NCBI GenBank assembly: GCA_963752955.1
Contig: CAVWAD010000005.1
Location: 778 to 64,777, forward strand
Reading direction: 5' to 3'
Length of the DNA: 64,000 bases
Source: an uncultured archaeon
Lineage (GTDB): Archaea; Micrarchaeota; Micrarchaeia; Micrarchaeales; CABMGC01
Shown here: piece by piece, positions 1-9,021 of the stretch
Layout of the letters: each line of letters starts with the position of its first letter
Position numbering within the stretch: the first letter of the stretch is position 1
Translations under genes and position numbers: made by a program
Notes under the pieces: model-generated
The model's input: only the letters and a program-made list of their open reading frames with translations
What the model was told of the DNA's origin: nothing
Database searches by the model: none

Positions 1-323
1 ATGTCGATAGCGGCCTCAATCGTGCCGAACCTGTTGGCGGACGGCTCCTCCACGTAACTCGCCGCGTACTGGAGGGACTTCATGGCGGCGTCCATCAGCC
101 CCCTGGCCCCCGCGGCGTCAATGCGCCTCGACGTGAAGTCCAGGTCCTCGGAGAACCTGTCCGAGTTGTAGAACTTCGATATCGCGGTGCCGCCCTTGAA
201 GACGAACTCGTCGGTCGTGTTCGAGTATATGGAGGCGAGCAGGAGGTCCTGCAGGTAGTCCTTCTCCATCTGGTACTTGTCCCTGTACGTGCCGTACCCC
301 TCCAGCTCCTCCTTAGTCATCAT
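1..323 (-). CDS. AbiEii/AbiGii-family nucleotidyltransferase toxin, N-terminal part (gene continues beyond left window edge)
   Basis: Own minus-strand translation from ATG at 323: MMTKEELEGYGTYRDKYQMEKDYLQDLLLASIYSNTTDEFVFKGGTAISKFYNSDRFSEDLDFTSRR... FKGGTA..K.Y...RFSEDLDF is the AbiEii NTase signature. The start overlaps the stop of the upstream AbiEi-like gene (ATGATGA). Confidence 0.7.
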   Translation of the reverse strand, partial: MMTKEELEGYGTYRDKYQMEKDYLQDLLLASIYSNTTDEFVFKGGTAISKFYNSDRFSEDLDFTSRRIDAAGARGLMDAAMKSLQYAASYVEEPSANRFGTIEAAID

Positions 324-895
324 GCGATCGCCATTCCGCCTAGCGCACGCGCCACGCGCCTCCTGATGGTGTCCACGCCCGCCCTCGCGAGATACCTCGA
401 TAGGGTGCCGAGATCGATCTTCCCCTCCTCCAGCATCTCGTCGGCATACTCGTGGAATATGTTGAAGTAGATCATGTCTATTATGGCCTTCTCCGGATCG
501 GCGACGAAGGCCCCGTCCACCTTCCTGTAGCCGAACATCATCCTTTTGCTTACGCTCCTGAATTCGACCCTGTAGCCGTTCAGGTCCTCTATGGGCGCGT
601 GCCTCTTCGTAATCACGACGTAGATGGTGTTGGGCATCTGCTCCGTCAGGTTGTGGAACCTGAGCGAGGATACGAGGCTCACATAAGACGGATAGACGAT
701 GTTCGACGCCACCTCGTACTCGGTCGCGTCCCTAGTGTAATAGAGCCCCCTCTCTGCGAGCTTCAGCGCCTTGTCCCTGAACAGGAAGAGCGACGCATAC
801 GCCTTCGACTTCCCGATTATCTTCGCCGCGTCGGCTATCGTGACAACGTGGATCCCGTTCCGGGAGAGGTACTCGTTGAATTCCTGTGTCTTCAT
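320..895 (-). CDS. AbiEi-like antitoxin / wHTH transcriptional regulator
   Basis: 191-aa ORF with an N-terminal wHTH-like region (VVTIADAAKIIGKSKAYASLFLFRD). Size and position immediately upstream of, and overlapping, an AbiEii-like gene fit a type IV TA pair. Confidence 0.6.
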   Translation of the reverse strand: MKTQEFNEYLSRNGIHVVTIADAAKIIGKSKAYASLFLFRDKALKLAERGLYYTRDATEYEVASNIVYPSYVSLVSSLRFHNLTEQMPNTIYVVITKRHAPIEDLNGYRVEFRSVSKRMMFGYRKVDGAFVADPEKAIIDMIYFNIFHEYADEMLEEGKIDLGTLSRYLARAGVDTIRRRVARALGGMAIA

Positions 896-945
896 CGTAT
901 GTATGGTGCGCCTTCAGATATTTAAGTCTTGTGTCTATTTCATTA

Positions 946-1527
946 TCAAATATGATAATGAAAGATACATAATAATGGGATTCTCACTTCATAAGGCTCG
1001 CGAATTTCTTCTTCACTTTCGCGACCTTCGGGCCCGATCTCCAGGAGGCAGTACGGCTGGAACGGGTTCCTCTGGTAGTAGTCCTTGTGGTACTCCTCCG
1101 CCGGGTAGAACCCGTCGAGCCTCTTCACCTCGGTAACTATGGGCTTCTCGTAGTCCTTCTGCGCCCTCTCCAGGAAGGAGGATGCCTCCTTCTTCTGCCC
1201 CTCGGAGCCGTAGAGTATTATGGACCTGTACTGGCTGCCGACGTCGTTGCCCTGCCGGCCGACGGACGTCGGGTCATGCATGTTGACGAAGACCTCGAGC
1301 AGCTTCCTGAGAGGTATCTTCTTTGGGTCGTACTCGACCCTCAGGACCTCCGCGTGGCCGGTCTTCCCGGTGCAGACCTGCTCGTAGGTGGGGTTCTTCG
1401 CGGTTCCCCCGGCATAGCCCGGGTATGCGTCTACGACGCCCCTCAGCATCTTGATCACCGCCTCGGTGCACCAGAAGCAGCCCCCGCCCAGCACGATCGT
1501 CTCGGTCTCCTTTGTCATCCTTGCCAC
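946..1527 (-). CDS. msrA: peptide-methionine (S)-S-oxide reductase MsrA
   Basis: GGGCFWCTEAV...YPGYAGG...GHAEVLRVEYDP motifs. The probable ATG is at 1518 (MTKETETIVLGGGCFWC). Confidence 0.9.
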   Translation of the reverse strand: MARMTKETETIVLGGGCFWCTEAVIKMLRGVVDAYPGYAGGTAKNPTYEQVCTGKTGHAEVLRVEYDPKKIPLRKLLEVFVNMHDPTSVGRQGNDVGSQYRSIILYGSEGQKKEASSFLERAQKDYEKPIVTEVKRLDGFYPAEEYHKDYYQRNPFQPYCLLEIGPEGRESEEEIREPYEVRIPLLCIFHYHI

Positions 1528-1888
1528 CCTTCCTAGGTATGAATAGCATCGATATGGAATTCACGCAGTGCCGGACGTTCTTCGGAGTCATCATCTCGCC
1601 CGTGAAGACGTGGCCCAAGTGCGCTCCGCAGTTGGCGCACTCGATCTCCGTCCTCATTCCGTCAGGGTCGGGCACCCTCTTAACCGCCCCCTTTATCTCG
1701 GCGTCGAAGCTGGGCCATCCGCACCTCGCGTCGAACTTGTCCTCCGACCTATAGAGCGGCGCACCGCACCGCTTGCAGACGTACATTCCCGGACTGAAAT
1801 TACTGTCGTACTCCCCAGAGAAGGGCCTCTCGGTGCCCCTGCCCACTATCACCGCCTCCTCTTCAGGAGTTAGTTTCCTGAGCTTCAT
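1274..1888 (-). CDS. msrB: peptide-methionine (R)-S-oxide reductase MsrB; catalytic domain ends near 1535, ORF tail overlaps msrA in another frame
   Basis: CKRCGAPLY...GWPSF...CANCGAHLGHVF...RHCVNS motifs. The last ~85 codons are a low-complexity readthrough overlapping msrA. Confidence 0.85.
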   Translation of the reverse strand: MKLRKLTPEEEAVIVGRGTERPFSGEYDSNFSPGMYVCKRCGAPLYRSEDKFDARCGWPSFDAEIKGAVKRVPDPDGMRTEIECANCGAHLGHVFTGEMMTPKNVRHCVNSISMLFIPRKGGKDDKGDRDDRAGRGLLLVHRGGDQDAEGRRRRIPGLCRGNREEPHLRAGLHREDRPRGGPEGRVRPKEDTSQEAARGLRQHA

Positions 1889-2116
1889 CCTACCCCCAAT
1901 ATGCTCTCGAAGCTATACAATATAAAACTTTTCATGGGCGAAGCTGGTCACCATATTCTTTATCCAGGTAAATGTTTATATACTTTAGTATATAACTACA
2001 ATTAGGTATGCCATGCTAAATAAACTTAAGATGCTGAGAGATTATGCGATAGATGAGCGACTCAGAGAATTCCGAAAAGTAAGCTTTAATAAAAACTTCG
2101 CACCCGTGATTAAATT

Positions 2117-3573
2117 GTATCTATTTAGCTCCCCTCTGAACCTCCACTAAATCGCCGCGGGCGAAAAGAATACTATTCCTTCAGTATTTGTATCCTCGGC
2201 GATCTTCTGACTGAGTATGTTACCATAGAGAAGGACATCTACGTTGCACTTTTGAAGAAAGTAGAAAAGGTTCAGGAACTTCAAAGGAACGTGGAAGAAC
2301 TCAAGAACTCTGTAGTCGAACTCCAGAGACGTCTCTGGATATACGAGAATCCGAACATCCCTTCATCGAAGAGGATACTGAAAGAGAAGAAAGACGATGA
2401 GAACCGGCCAGAAGGAAAGAAAGGCGCACCCGAAGGCCATGTTGGTGCAACCAGAGATAAGCCAAAACCGAACCGTTTCATCGACCTCAAACCGAGAGTT
2501 TGTGCGGGGTGCAACAGCCGCAACATCGAGATGACTGGAAAGGAGAAGAAGATCATAGAGGACATCAGGATAGAGAAGGTCGTCACGGAATTCACCCAGT
2601 ACAGATACCACTGCAACGACTGCGGCTGTGACCATGTAACGACGCATCCGGAACTTCCAAAGACGGGAATATTCGGGCCCACGATAACGGGTATCTGGGA
2701 AATGCTGCATTACAAAGGACACGTCCCCTTCGAGTGCCTTTCGCAGATAAGCGGGAACCTCTTCGGGGTGCCAATAACCCAGGGCGGCATGCACAACGCG
2801 ATATACCGAACGGCGCAGATATTCGAACCGACCTTCGAGGAGATAAGACAGCAGATAAGGGAGTCAAATTACGTAAGGTCGGACGAGACGTCGTATCCCT
2901 TCAACGGCCGCAACTGGTGGCTGTGGAACCTGTCGAATCACGACACGTCCCTGGTCCTCTTGAGGGACAGCAGGGGAACAGGAGTATTGAGGGAAGTGTT
3001 CGATGGGGACTTCTCAGGTATATCCAATACCGACTGCTTTTCGGCATATGACTGTTTCGGTTCGGAATCATCGAAGTGCTGGTCGCACCTTCTCGGGTTC
3101 GCGGACAAAGCGGCCGAAGAGGATGCATACGGCAAGAGAATTCGTGAGATGCTGAAAGAGATGTTCGCATACATCAAACAGGTAAAGGAGGACCACCTCG
3201 AAGGCACTCCCGAAGTTATGGATCGCATCGATGAGATGAAGGACAGGATACGTAGGTTGCGCAAGAACAAACGCAGATCTAGGATAACAGAAAGATTGGT
3301 GAAGCGGTTGCAAAAATACATTGACTCGTGGTTCACCTGCCTGGTTTACGACTTCGTGGAACCGACCAACAACGCCTCTGAACGGGACATTCGCAAGAAC
3401 GTAGTTGCACGGAACATATCTGGGCAGCACAGGAGCGTAGTTGGAACGCACTGCAGGGAGATAATGATGTCAACGATACTTACGAAGCAGAAGAACGATG
3501 TAAACGTTTTCGACTTCATACAGAGAGGCATAAGACAGTACAACTCAGCTCCCGTCGGGAGCTAAATAGATAC
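2117..3573 (+). mobile_element. IS66-family (single-ORF, ISBst12-like) insertion sequence, copy 1, 1457 bp
   Basis: Perfect 17-bp terminal IR GTATCTATTTAGCTCCC / GGGAGCTAAATAGATAC. 8-bp TSD ATTAAATT (2109-2116 and 3574-3581). Confidence 0.9.
2252..3565 (+). CDS. IS66-family transposase
   Basis: 437 aa with an N-terminal coiled coil, CxxC...CxxC zinc finger, SDETS and EPTNNASERDIR (IS66 TNN.xER motif). Identical to the ORFs at 23252 and 57371. Confidence 0.9.
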   Translation: MKKVEKVQELQRNVEELKNSVVELQRRLWIYENPNIPSSKRILKEKKDDENRPEGKKGAPEGHVGATRDKPKPNRFIDLKPRVCAGCNSRNIEMTGKEKKIIEDIRIEKVVTEFTQYRYHCNDCGCDHVTTHPELPKTGIFGPTITGIWEMLHYKGHVPFECLSQISGNLFGVPITQGGMHNAIYRTAQIFEPTFEEIRQQIRESNYVRSDETSYPFNGRNWWLWNLSNHDTSLVLLRDSRGTGVLREVFDGDFSGISNTDCFSAYDCFGSESSKCWSHLLGFADKAAEEDAYGKRIREMLKEMFAYIKQVKEDHLEGTPEVMDRIDEMKDRIRRLRKNKRRSRITERLVKRLQKYIDSWFTCLVYDFVEPTNNASERDIRKNVVARNISGQHRSVVGTHCREIMMSTILTKQKNDVNVFDFIQRGIRQYNSAPVGS

Positions 3574-4489
3574 ATTAAATTTATATCTTTTGATTCAACA
3601 AAAGGCAAAAAACTTTTACAAGAACTTAATAAAGAACATAAAGATGAATCAAATAATGCCGCTAATTAAAATCAGTACTCTTCATTCTTGATCTAAAGAA
3701 CTTTTCGGTATCTTTATCAACAAAATATACGTAGCAACCCTTCATCCCTCTTGACATCAGAACACGATAAATGTTTCTGACATACTCATCAAATTTTTCA
3801 TTGCTGTTTTTTCTTTTCAGATAAGGATCTTTATTACCTTCACGATTAACTACAAGACCTCCTTTTTTCTCATCATACTTTAGGTCCGGACCTACTATCA
3901 CACCAATATAGTCAAATTCAAAACCCTGTGCAGTATAGATACATCCTACCTGCTTAATACCTTCTGGCTTATACGCCCACTCATACCATTTAACATAACC
4001 TTCTGGAGGTCTAATCTCCACATGAGTTTCCCAAGGCATTTCGAAATTTCCAATTTTGACATCATTCACTAATTCTCCTTCTGCATCCAATGTGTTAGAC
4101 CATGTCCAGCAGTATCCTGCAACAATTCTTCCACTAATTCCTTCTTCAGAATTCTTTTCTTTTATCATTTCATAAAGTTTATCTGGTGAGCCTATAATTC
4201 TAAAATCAAAGCTGTCCTCTCTTTTCAGTATTTTTTTCTCATCTGTGTAACCCAAAACAGATTCTAACCAGTCCAAGTAATTATCTGACCCATTACATCT
4301 AAACTGAGACTTCAATTCATCTTCTTCGACTTTTCTTCCCAGTCTTTCAGCGGTTTCTTTAATTAGTTTCGTATTCCCTACCTCCGCACCCCTAATTATC
4401 TGTTTGTCATCTATAAAAAATATGGACGTTTTTGCGCATTTGATTAATTGCTCGACCTGAGGAATGTTCGTTCTATGTTCTTTTTTAGT

Positions 4490-5515
4490 TGTAGAGTGTC
4501 AGCACATTTGTCCTAAAACAGTGTCATAACATATGTCCGCTTTCACAAAATCACCTCTGTGGTGATTCGCGTGGTGAAAGCGACAATGGACACAAGAATG
4601 AAGGCAATGGTGCTGTGCGAATCGGGGAAGTACTCTGTCCTTGAAATATCCGAAATGTTTGGTGTGAACGAACGGACCGTTCGCAGATGGAAAGCACGTT
4701 ATACCGCTGGCGGAGTGGCGTCCTTGAAGCCAGGGAGTACTGCCCCTAAACGGATCAGTTCCATCTCAAAGAATCTCGAAGAACGGATTGTGCGCTTGAA
4801 AGGACGTTACCCGACTTGGGGAGCGAGAAGGATAAAGCACCAATTCAGTTTACCCGCATCTCCAAGTACCATTCACAGAGTGTTCAAGAAGAAAGGCCTG
4901 TTGATACGCGTAAAACCAAATCCGCAGGAGTTCAAGAGATTCCAAAGAGACCATGTCGATTCGATGTGGCAGGGCGACACGTTCCAATTCAGGATAAAAG
5001 ACGTCGGAAAGGTGTATGTGACTGGCTTCAACGACGATTGTTCAAGGCACAGGGTCATATCGAAATCGTATCGTGCAAAAGGTGAAACAGAGTCGGTGAA
5101 CGCATTAAGGTGGGCAGTGCGCAAAGGACGAATACCAAGAGAGATTTACCTTGACAATGGGAAACAGTTCGTATCCAGACTCTTCAAGGCAGAGGCAGCG
5201 AAATACAACATAAAGCTCATCTTCGGCAGACCGCACCATCCACAAGGAAGAGGGAAGATAGAGCGTTACCACAAGACGCTCTACAGGGAATTGATCTGCG
5301 TAAAGAAGTTCAAGTCGCTATCGCACTTTAGGAAGGAGCTGTGGAAGTTCGACAGACGATACAACAACTGGAGAAAGCAGGAAATTCTCGGATGGCAGAC
5401 GCCAGATTCGATCTACTACAACAAAAGGTATTTCAACAAGAAGGCCAGACATATAGGATTAGAAAGCGGACAAATGTCCTGACAACGATTCGGACATATG
5501 TCTTGACACTATACA
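4490..5515 (+). mobile_element. IS481-like insertion sequence, 1026 bp
   Basis: Imperfect terminal IR TGTAGAGTGTCAGCACATTTGTCC vs rc TGTATAGTGTCAAGACATATGTCC. 6-bp TSD TTTAGT (4484-4489 and 5516-5521). Confidence 0.85.
4559..5482 (+). CDS. IS481-family (rve/DDE integrase-core) transposase
   Basis: HTH (ISEMFGVNERTVRRWKARY), then WQGDTF ... YLDNGKQF ... PQGRGKIERYHKTL (DDE). The first ATG is at 4586; the ORF-track start is GTG. Confidence 0.85.
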   Translation: MVIRVVKATMDTRMKAMVLCESGKYSVLEISEMFGVNERTVRRWKARYTAGGVASLKPGSTAPKRISSISKNLEERIVRLKGRYPTWGARRIKHQFSLPASPSTIHRVFKKKGLLIRVKPNPQEFKRFQRDHVDSMWQGDTFQFRIKDVGKVYVTGFNDDCSRHRVISKSYRAKGETESVNALRWAVRKGRIPREIYLDNGKQFVSRLFKAEAAKYNIKLIFGRPHHPQGRGKIERYHKTLYRELICVKKFKSLSHFRKELWKFDRRYNNWRKQEILGWQTPDSIYYNKRYFNKKARHIGLESGQMS

Positions 5516-6627
5516 TTTAGTAAATCTACTGTCGGATTTTTCACCTATTCTGTGTGCTTCATCAACAATTAAGATATCTAGTTCGTTCTCCTTTATTCTC
5601 GTTGGAACGAACGGATCTAAGCTTGTAAAAAGCAGTTTTGCTTTATCTCCGCCAATTTTCTGGCCTCTTTCCATCTTGTATTTTATTGCTTCAATCAACG
5701 GTTTAGATCGCGATGAGAAGAATATTTTATATTTTTTATCTTTATGGCCGGCAAACTCTGCTAAAATGTGCAAGGCTATTACTGTTTTCCCAGTTCCTGG
5801 GCCCCCTTTTATAATAACAACATTCTTTTCTGCTCCTTCCCCCTTTTTTATTCTATCTACAATCGCGTTTCTCGCATATATTTGGTCCCCAATCAAATTA
5901 AAATCGGATTCTTGTCTTATCACACTTGATGCATTATCCAATAGCTTTCTAGAGGGCCCTATGGGAGATTTCATAAATTTATTAAATATATCAAAACCGT
6001 CTTCTTGACTCAGTAGTTCTTTTAATCGTTCTGCAAGTTTTGCAATATCATCCTTCGTATAAATGGGGAATCTAGTTAGCACCTCGGCATATCTTGAATC
6101 AAACAACCCTTCTCCTTCCTTCTTCGCATAATTGGGACAGTATGCGCAGCCCAATAAATCAATCTGCTTCTCTTCAAAAATCTCTACAAATCCTATTAAA
6201 TAATTGTGGTAGCCTTGGACTTGTTGAGAAGGATGCGCTACTTTCCGCGTACCGTGTCCAGTATAAGTCTCAACAAAATTGCCCTCGCATTCCAGGGCCT
6301 CTACTTTGTCCCAACGTTTCATTTCGATATGCATGATGATCCCCCTACCTCTTTTGTTTTTCCCAAATAGCAGACAGTCAATTCTTTTTTGGGTGTAGGG
6401 AACCTGATATTCAAACGAAACATAAATATTTTCTAAACCGCTAAGCTCAATTAAATTTTTTATTACTTTACCACTGTCCCTCCATGACTCGTATTCTGAA
6501 TCTCCTGCTCTTCGGTCATATACTCTTACAAAGTTCTCTTGGACATTATCTGCAAATTTATTGAGTAATACTTCATTAAAAAATTGTTTTTGTGGGGCGT
6601 CGTAAATAATATTTCTGTTTAGCAGAT

Positions 6628-7011
6628 TCACACCTCATCATATTTCTTATTCGAACCTTTGAATTTATTCACAGGATACTTTTTTCGGTTCTTTTCCATT
6701 TTCTTGAAGAAAGCATCAGATAAATCGAAGTCGTTTTTCTGCGCAAACCTTAGAATGAAGTAGAAAGTATCTGCCATCTCCTCGCTTAATTCATCACGCA
6801 TCGTTGAGTCTTTAAGCATTTCTGCCATTTCCTTTTCTGTTTTGAATCTGAAGGGCTCCAACAGCTTCACCGCTTCCGTTACAACGCCTATGACAAGTTC
6901 CTTTGGGCTGTGATACTGGTCCCAGTCGCGTTCTTCACAGTATTTTTGGACTATTTCCTTCAATTCGCTAATTGTTGTTTTATCATCCACCAAACCGCCC
7001 CAATGTCTCAT
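6628..7011 (-). CDS. MazG-like / DCTPP1-like nucleoside-triphosphate pyrophosphohydrolase
   Basis: WDQYHSPKEL...VTEAVKLLEPF...EEMADTFYFILRFA...KKMEKNRKKYP. It overlaps the DUF2075 start by 4 nt, which suggests an operon. Confidence 0.8.
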   Translation of the reverse strand: MRHWGGLVDDKTTISELKEIVQKYCEERDWDQYHSPKELVIGVVTEAVKLLEPFRFKTEKEMAEMLKDSTMRDELSEEMADTFYFILRFAQKNDFDLSDAFFKKMEKNRKKYPVNKFKGSNKKYDEV

Positions 7012-7018
7012 CCGAATC

Positions 7019-7046
7019 TATCACTACTTACACTTTCATATACCCT
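7019..7046. repeat. 28-bp element TATCACTACTTACACTTTCATATACCCT, 27/28 identical to 33835-33862
   Basis: Direct sequence comparison. It lies 8-35 nt upstream of the MazG start on the minus strand. Confidence 0.8.
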
Positions 7047-7249
7047 TCCACTCCACATATTTCGATATCCATGTCCGCGCTCGCAGACTCCGCCCTCTTT
7101 CCCTTCTACCTTGCAGTAGTCTTTCTCATCTCCTTCTGGTTCAGGAACGGGCTCAAGAGCGACAAGAAGATAGTGGACGAGTTCTTAGAAGTGTCGCCAA
7201 AGTCTTCAAATACCTCGGAGTGCAACAACCTAAGGTAAGGTTGAAGGCA

Positions 7250-7463
7250 GTATACAAATACTTGAAATAGGGAGGTGGAAGGCTCTGTGTGCCTCTGAGA
7301 AAGGTTTTTGTATAAACTTGTATAAGGAATTACACAAAAATAGATATTTTCATATAGTAAAGTATACAATATCTGTGAGTAGGCAGTTTTAGCCAAGTCC
7401 CTATTAATTTGTATCTTACGCTACACAAAAATACTAATTATTGTATATCAAACTATACAAAAC
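7250..7463. promoter_or_regulatory. cluster of TTGTATA / TATACAA half-sites in a 486-bp AT-rich intergenic region
   Basis: GTATACAA at 7250 and 7362, TTGTATAAACTTGTATAAGG at 7308-7327, TTTGTATC at 7408, TTGTATATC at 7441, CTATACAAAAC at 7453. The function is unknown. Confidence 0.35.
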
Positions 7464-7497
7464 AAACCTTATTAAACTTTAAGGCTAATATTAATGT

Positions 7498-9021
7498 ATG
7501 GTAAGCATAGACAAGCTTCAGGAGCTGAACAAGTGGTGGACAAAGGGTGCGCAATTCCCCTTTGACGACAGCGACCTCATGAAATACAACCAGATGCCAG
7601 TAAAGATAGCGCACGCAGACCTTGTCAGCCGTCTCAGGGCAGGCAGCATCGTAGTGGTCAAGGGCCCCAGGAGGGTCGGGAAAACGATATTGGCTAAGAA
7701 CGCCATATTGAAGCTGCTAAGGGAGAATGCCGCGAATGCGGATGACATACTGTACTTCTCCTTCGACTCGGTGGTGAGCGCAAGGGAGATGGACAACATG
7801 CTGCGGAATTTTCTCGCAAAACCTCACACAGGCACAGTCTACATCTTTCTTGACGAGATCCAGGCGGTCTCGGGATGGGCCGACGTGCTGCTCGGGCTCA
7901 GCAACTCCGGGCTCCTCTCGGAAGCCGCGGTCCTGCTTACGGGCTCGATTGCACACCTCATGAAGACCGAGACGCTTCCAGGGAGAGGGACCGAGGGAAA
8001 CACATATTTCCTCAGGACCGCAAGTTTCAGAACCTTTGTAAGATCGGTGCTCATGCTACTGCAGGAAAACCCCACCTATCTCAATTATGTCATGGATTAC
8101 AGGTTCACGCACGGAGAGATAGCCAACTTTCTGAAGGACATTGAAGGCACCATTGCCGGACCGGACGACGAAATATCCGCCATCCGCGACGCCGCGGTCA
8201 GAATGCAGAGGTATTTCAGGCCGCTGAGCAAGATGTTCGAGATATACCTGCTGACTGGAGGATACCCTGCCAGCATCAACGATGCGATAATTAGAGCACG
8301 GGCTAATAACACTTACGAGGAGATATACAACTACGCGAAGAGTGACGCCGCGACGCTGGCCATGAGCTCCACTGGAGATCCCCAGAAGGCAGGGCAGGTA
8401 CTTTCCGGGGTCGTGGATTACGTCGGGAACAAGGTATCCTACTCCAAGATAGCTAGAAACCTGTCCATGAACAAGAAGACGATGATAAGCTATTACTCTC
8501 GGCTCGAGAACTCGTTCGTGTTCATAAGCATCAACGGGGTCAAGCCGTTAGAGGGGAAGCTCGTGGAATCGGAAGTGAAGAAGATCTACTTCTCAGACGT
8601 GTTCACGCACTACGCCGTCGGTGCCGTCCAGACAGGCAAGCAGGGACTGGAATACTCCAAGGAGCTCATCAATTCCTCCAAGGTTGGGGCCGTAGTGGAG
8701 GAGATAGTCGCGGGTCATCTAATAAGAGTAAAAGAATTAGATCCGATGCGTCCTTACAAGACATACCTCAGATTCTATGATGGAAGAAAAGAACTGGATT
8801 TCATATACAAAGGCGTCGGTGCAGCGGGGAAGGAAGAATTGGTCGGAATAGAAGTGAAATACCAGACTGAAATTTCTCAAGGTGACCTGAATCCCGTCGA
8901 AGGCATCTCCAAGTACATACTTCTGACAAAGACAGCGGACGTTGAGAGGAAAGACAGATCCGTTTCTATTCCGGTGTGCGTTTTCCTGGCGATGCTCCGC
9001 AGCTCCGACAACGATCTCTGA
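7498..9021 (+). CDS. AAA+ ATPase of the AAA_14/DUF4143 (COG1373) type
   Basis: VVVKGPRRVGKTILAK (Walker A), IFLDEIQAVSGW (Walker B), long C-terminal DUF4143-like region. Confidence 0.75.
   Translation: MVSIDKLQELNKWWTKGAQFPFDDSDLMKYNQMPVKIAHADLVSRLRAGSIVVVKGPRRVGKTILAKNAILKLLRENAANADDILYFSFDSVVSAREMDNMLRNFLAKPHTGTVYIFLDEIQAVSGWADVLLGLSNSGLLSEAAVLLTGSIAHLMKTETLPGRGTEGNTYFLRTASFRTFVRSVLMLLQENPTYLNYVMDYRFTHGEIANFLKDIEGTIAGPDDEISAIRDAAVRMQRYFRPLSKMFEIYLLTGGYPASINDAIIRARANNTYEEIYNYAKSDAATLAMSSTGDPQKAGQVLSGVVDYVGNKVSYSKIARNLSMNKKTMISYYSRLENSFVFISINGVKPLEGKLVESEVKKIYFSDVFTHYAVGAVQTGKQGLEYSKELINSSKVGAVVEEIVAGHLIRVKELDPMRPYKTYLRFYDGRKELDFIYKGVGAAGKEELVGIEVKYQTEISQGDLNPVEGISKYILLTKTADVERKDRSVSIPVCVFLAMLRSSDNDL

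Larger units (their letters stand above)
2013..3669 (+). pseudogene. small hypothetical ORF (~63 aa when rejoined) interrupted by IS66-like copy 1
   Basis: Own translation: MLNKLKMLRDYAIDERLREFRKVSFNKNFAPVIK | FISFDSTKGKKLLQELNKEHKDESNNAAN*. The frame is restored when the IS and one TSD copy are removed. No family recognised. Confidence 0.3.
3662..6631 (-). pseudogene. DUF2075-type nuclease-helicase-like ATPase, split by IS481-like insertion
   Basis: The N-terminal part (5516-6631) has a PD-(D/E)xK-like module (RIDCLLFG...IMHIEMKRW), Walker A GGPGTGKT and DEAHR. The C-terminal part (3662-4489) has YTAQGFEFDYIGVIVG...MSRGMKGCYVY. My translation across the junction is in frame once the IS and one TSD copy are removed. 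Confidence 0.8.
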
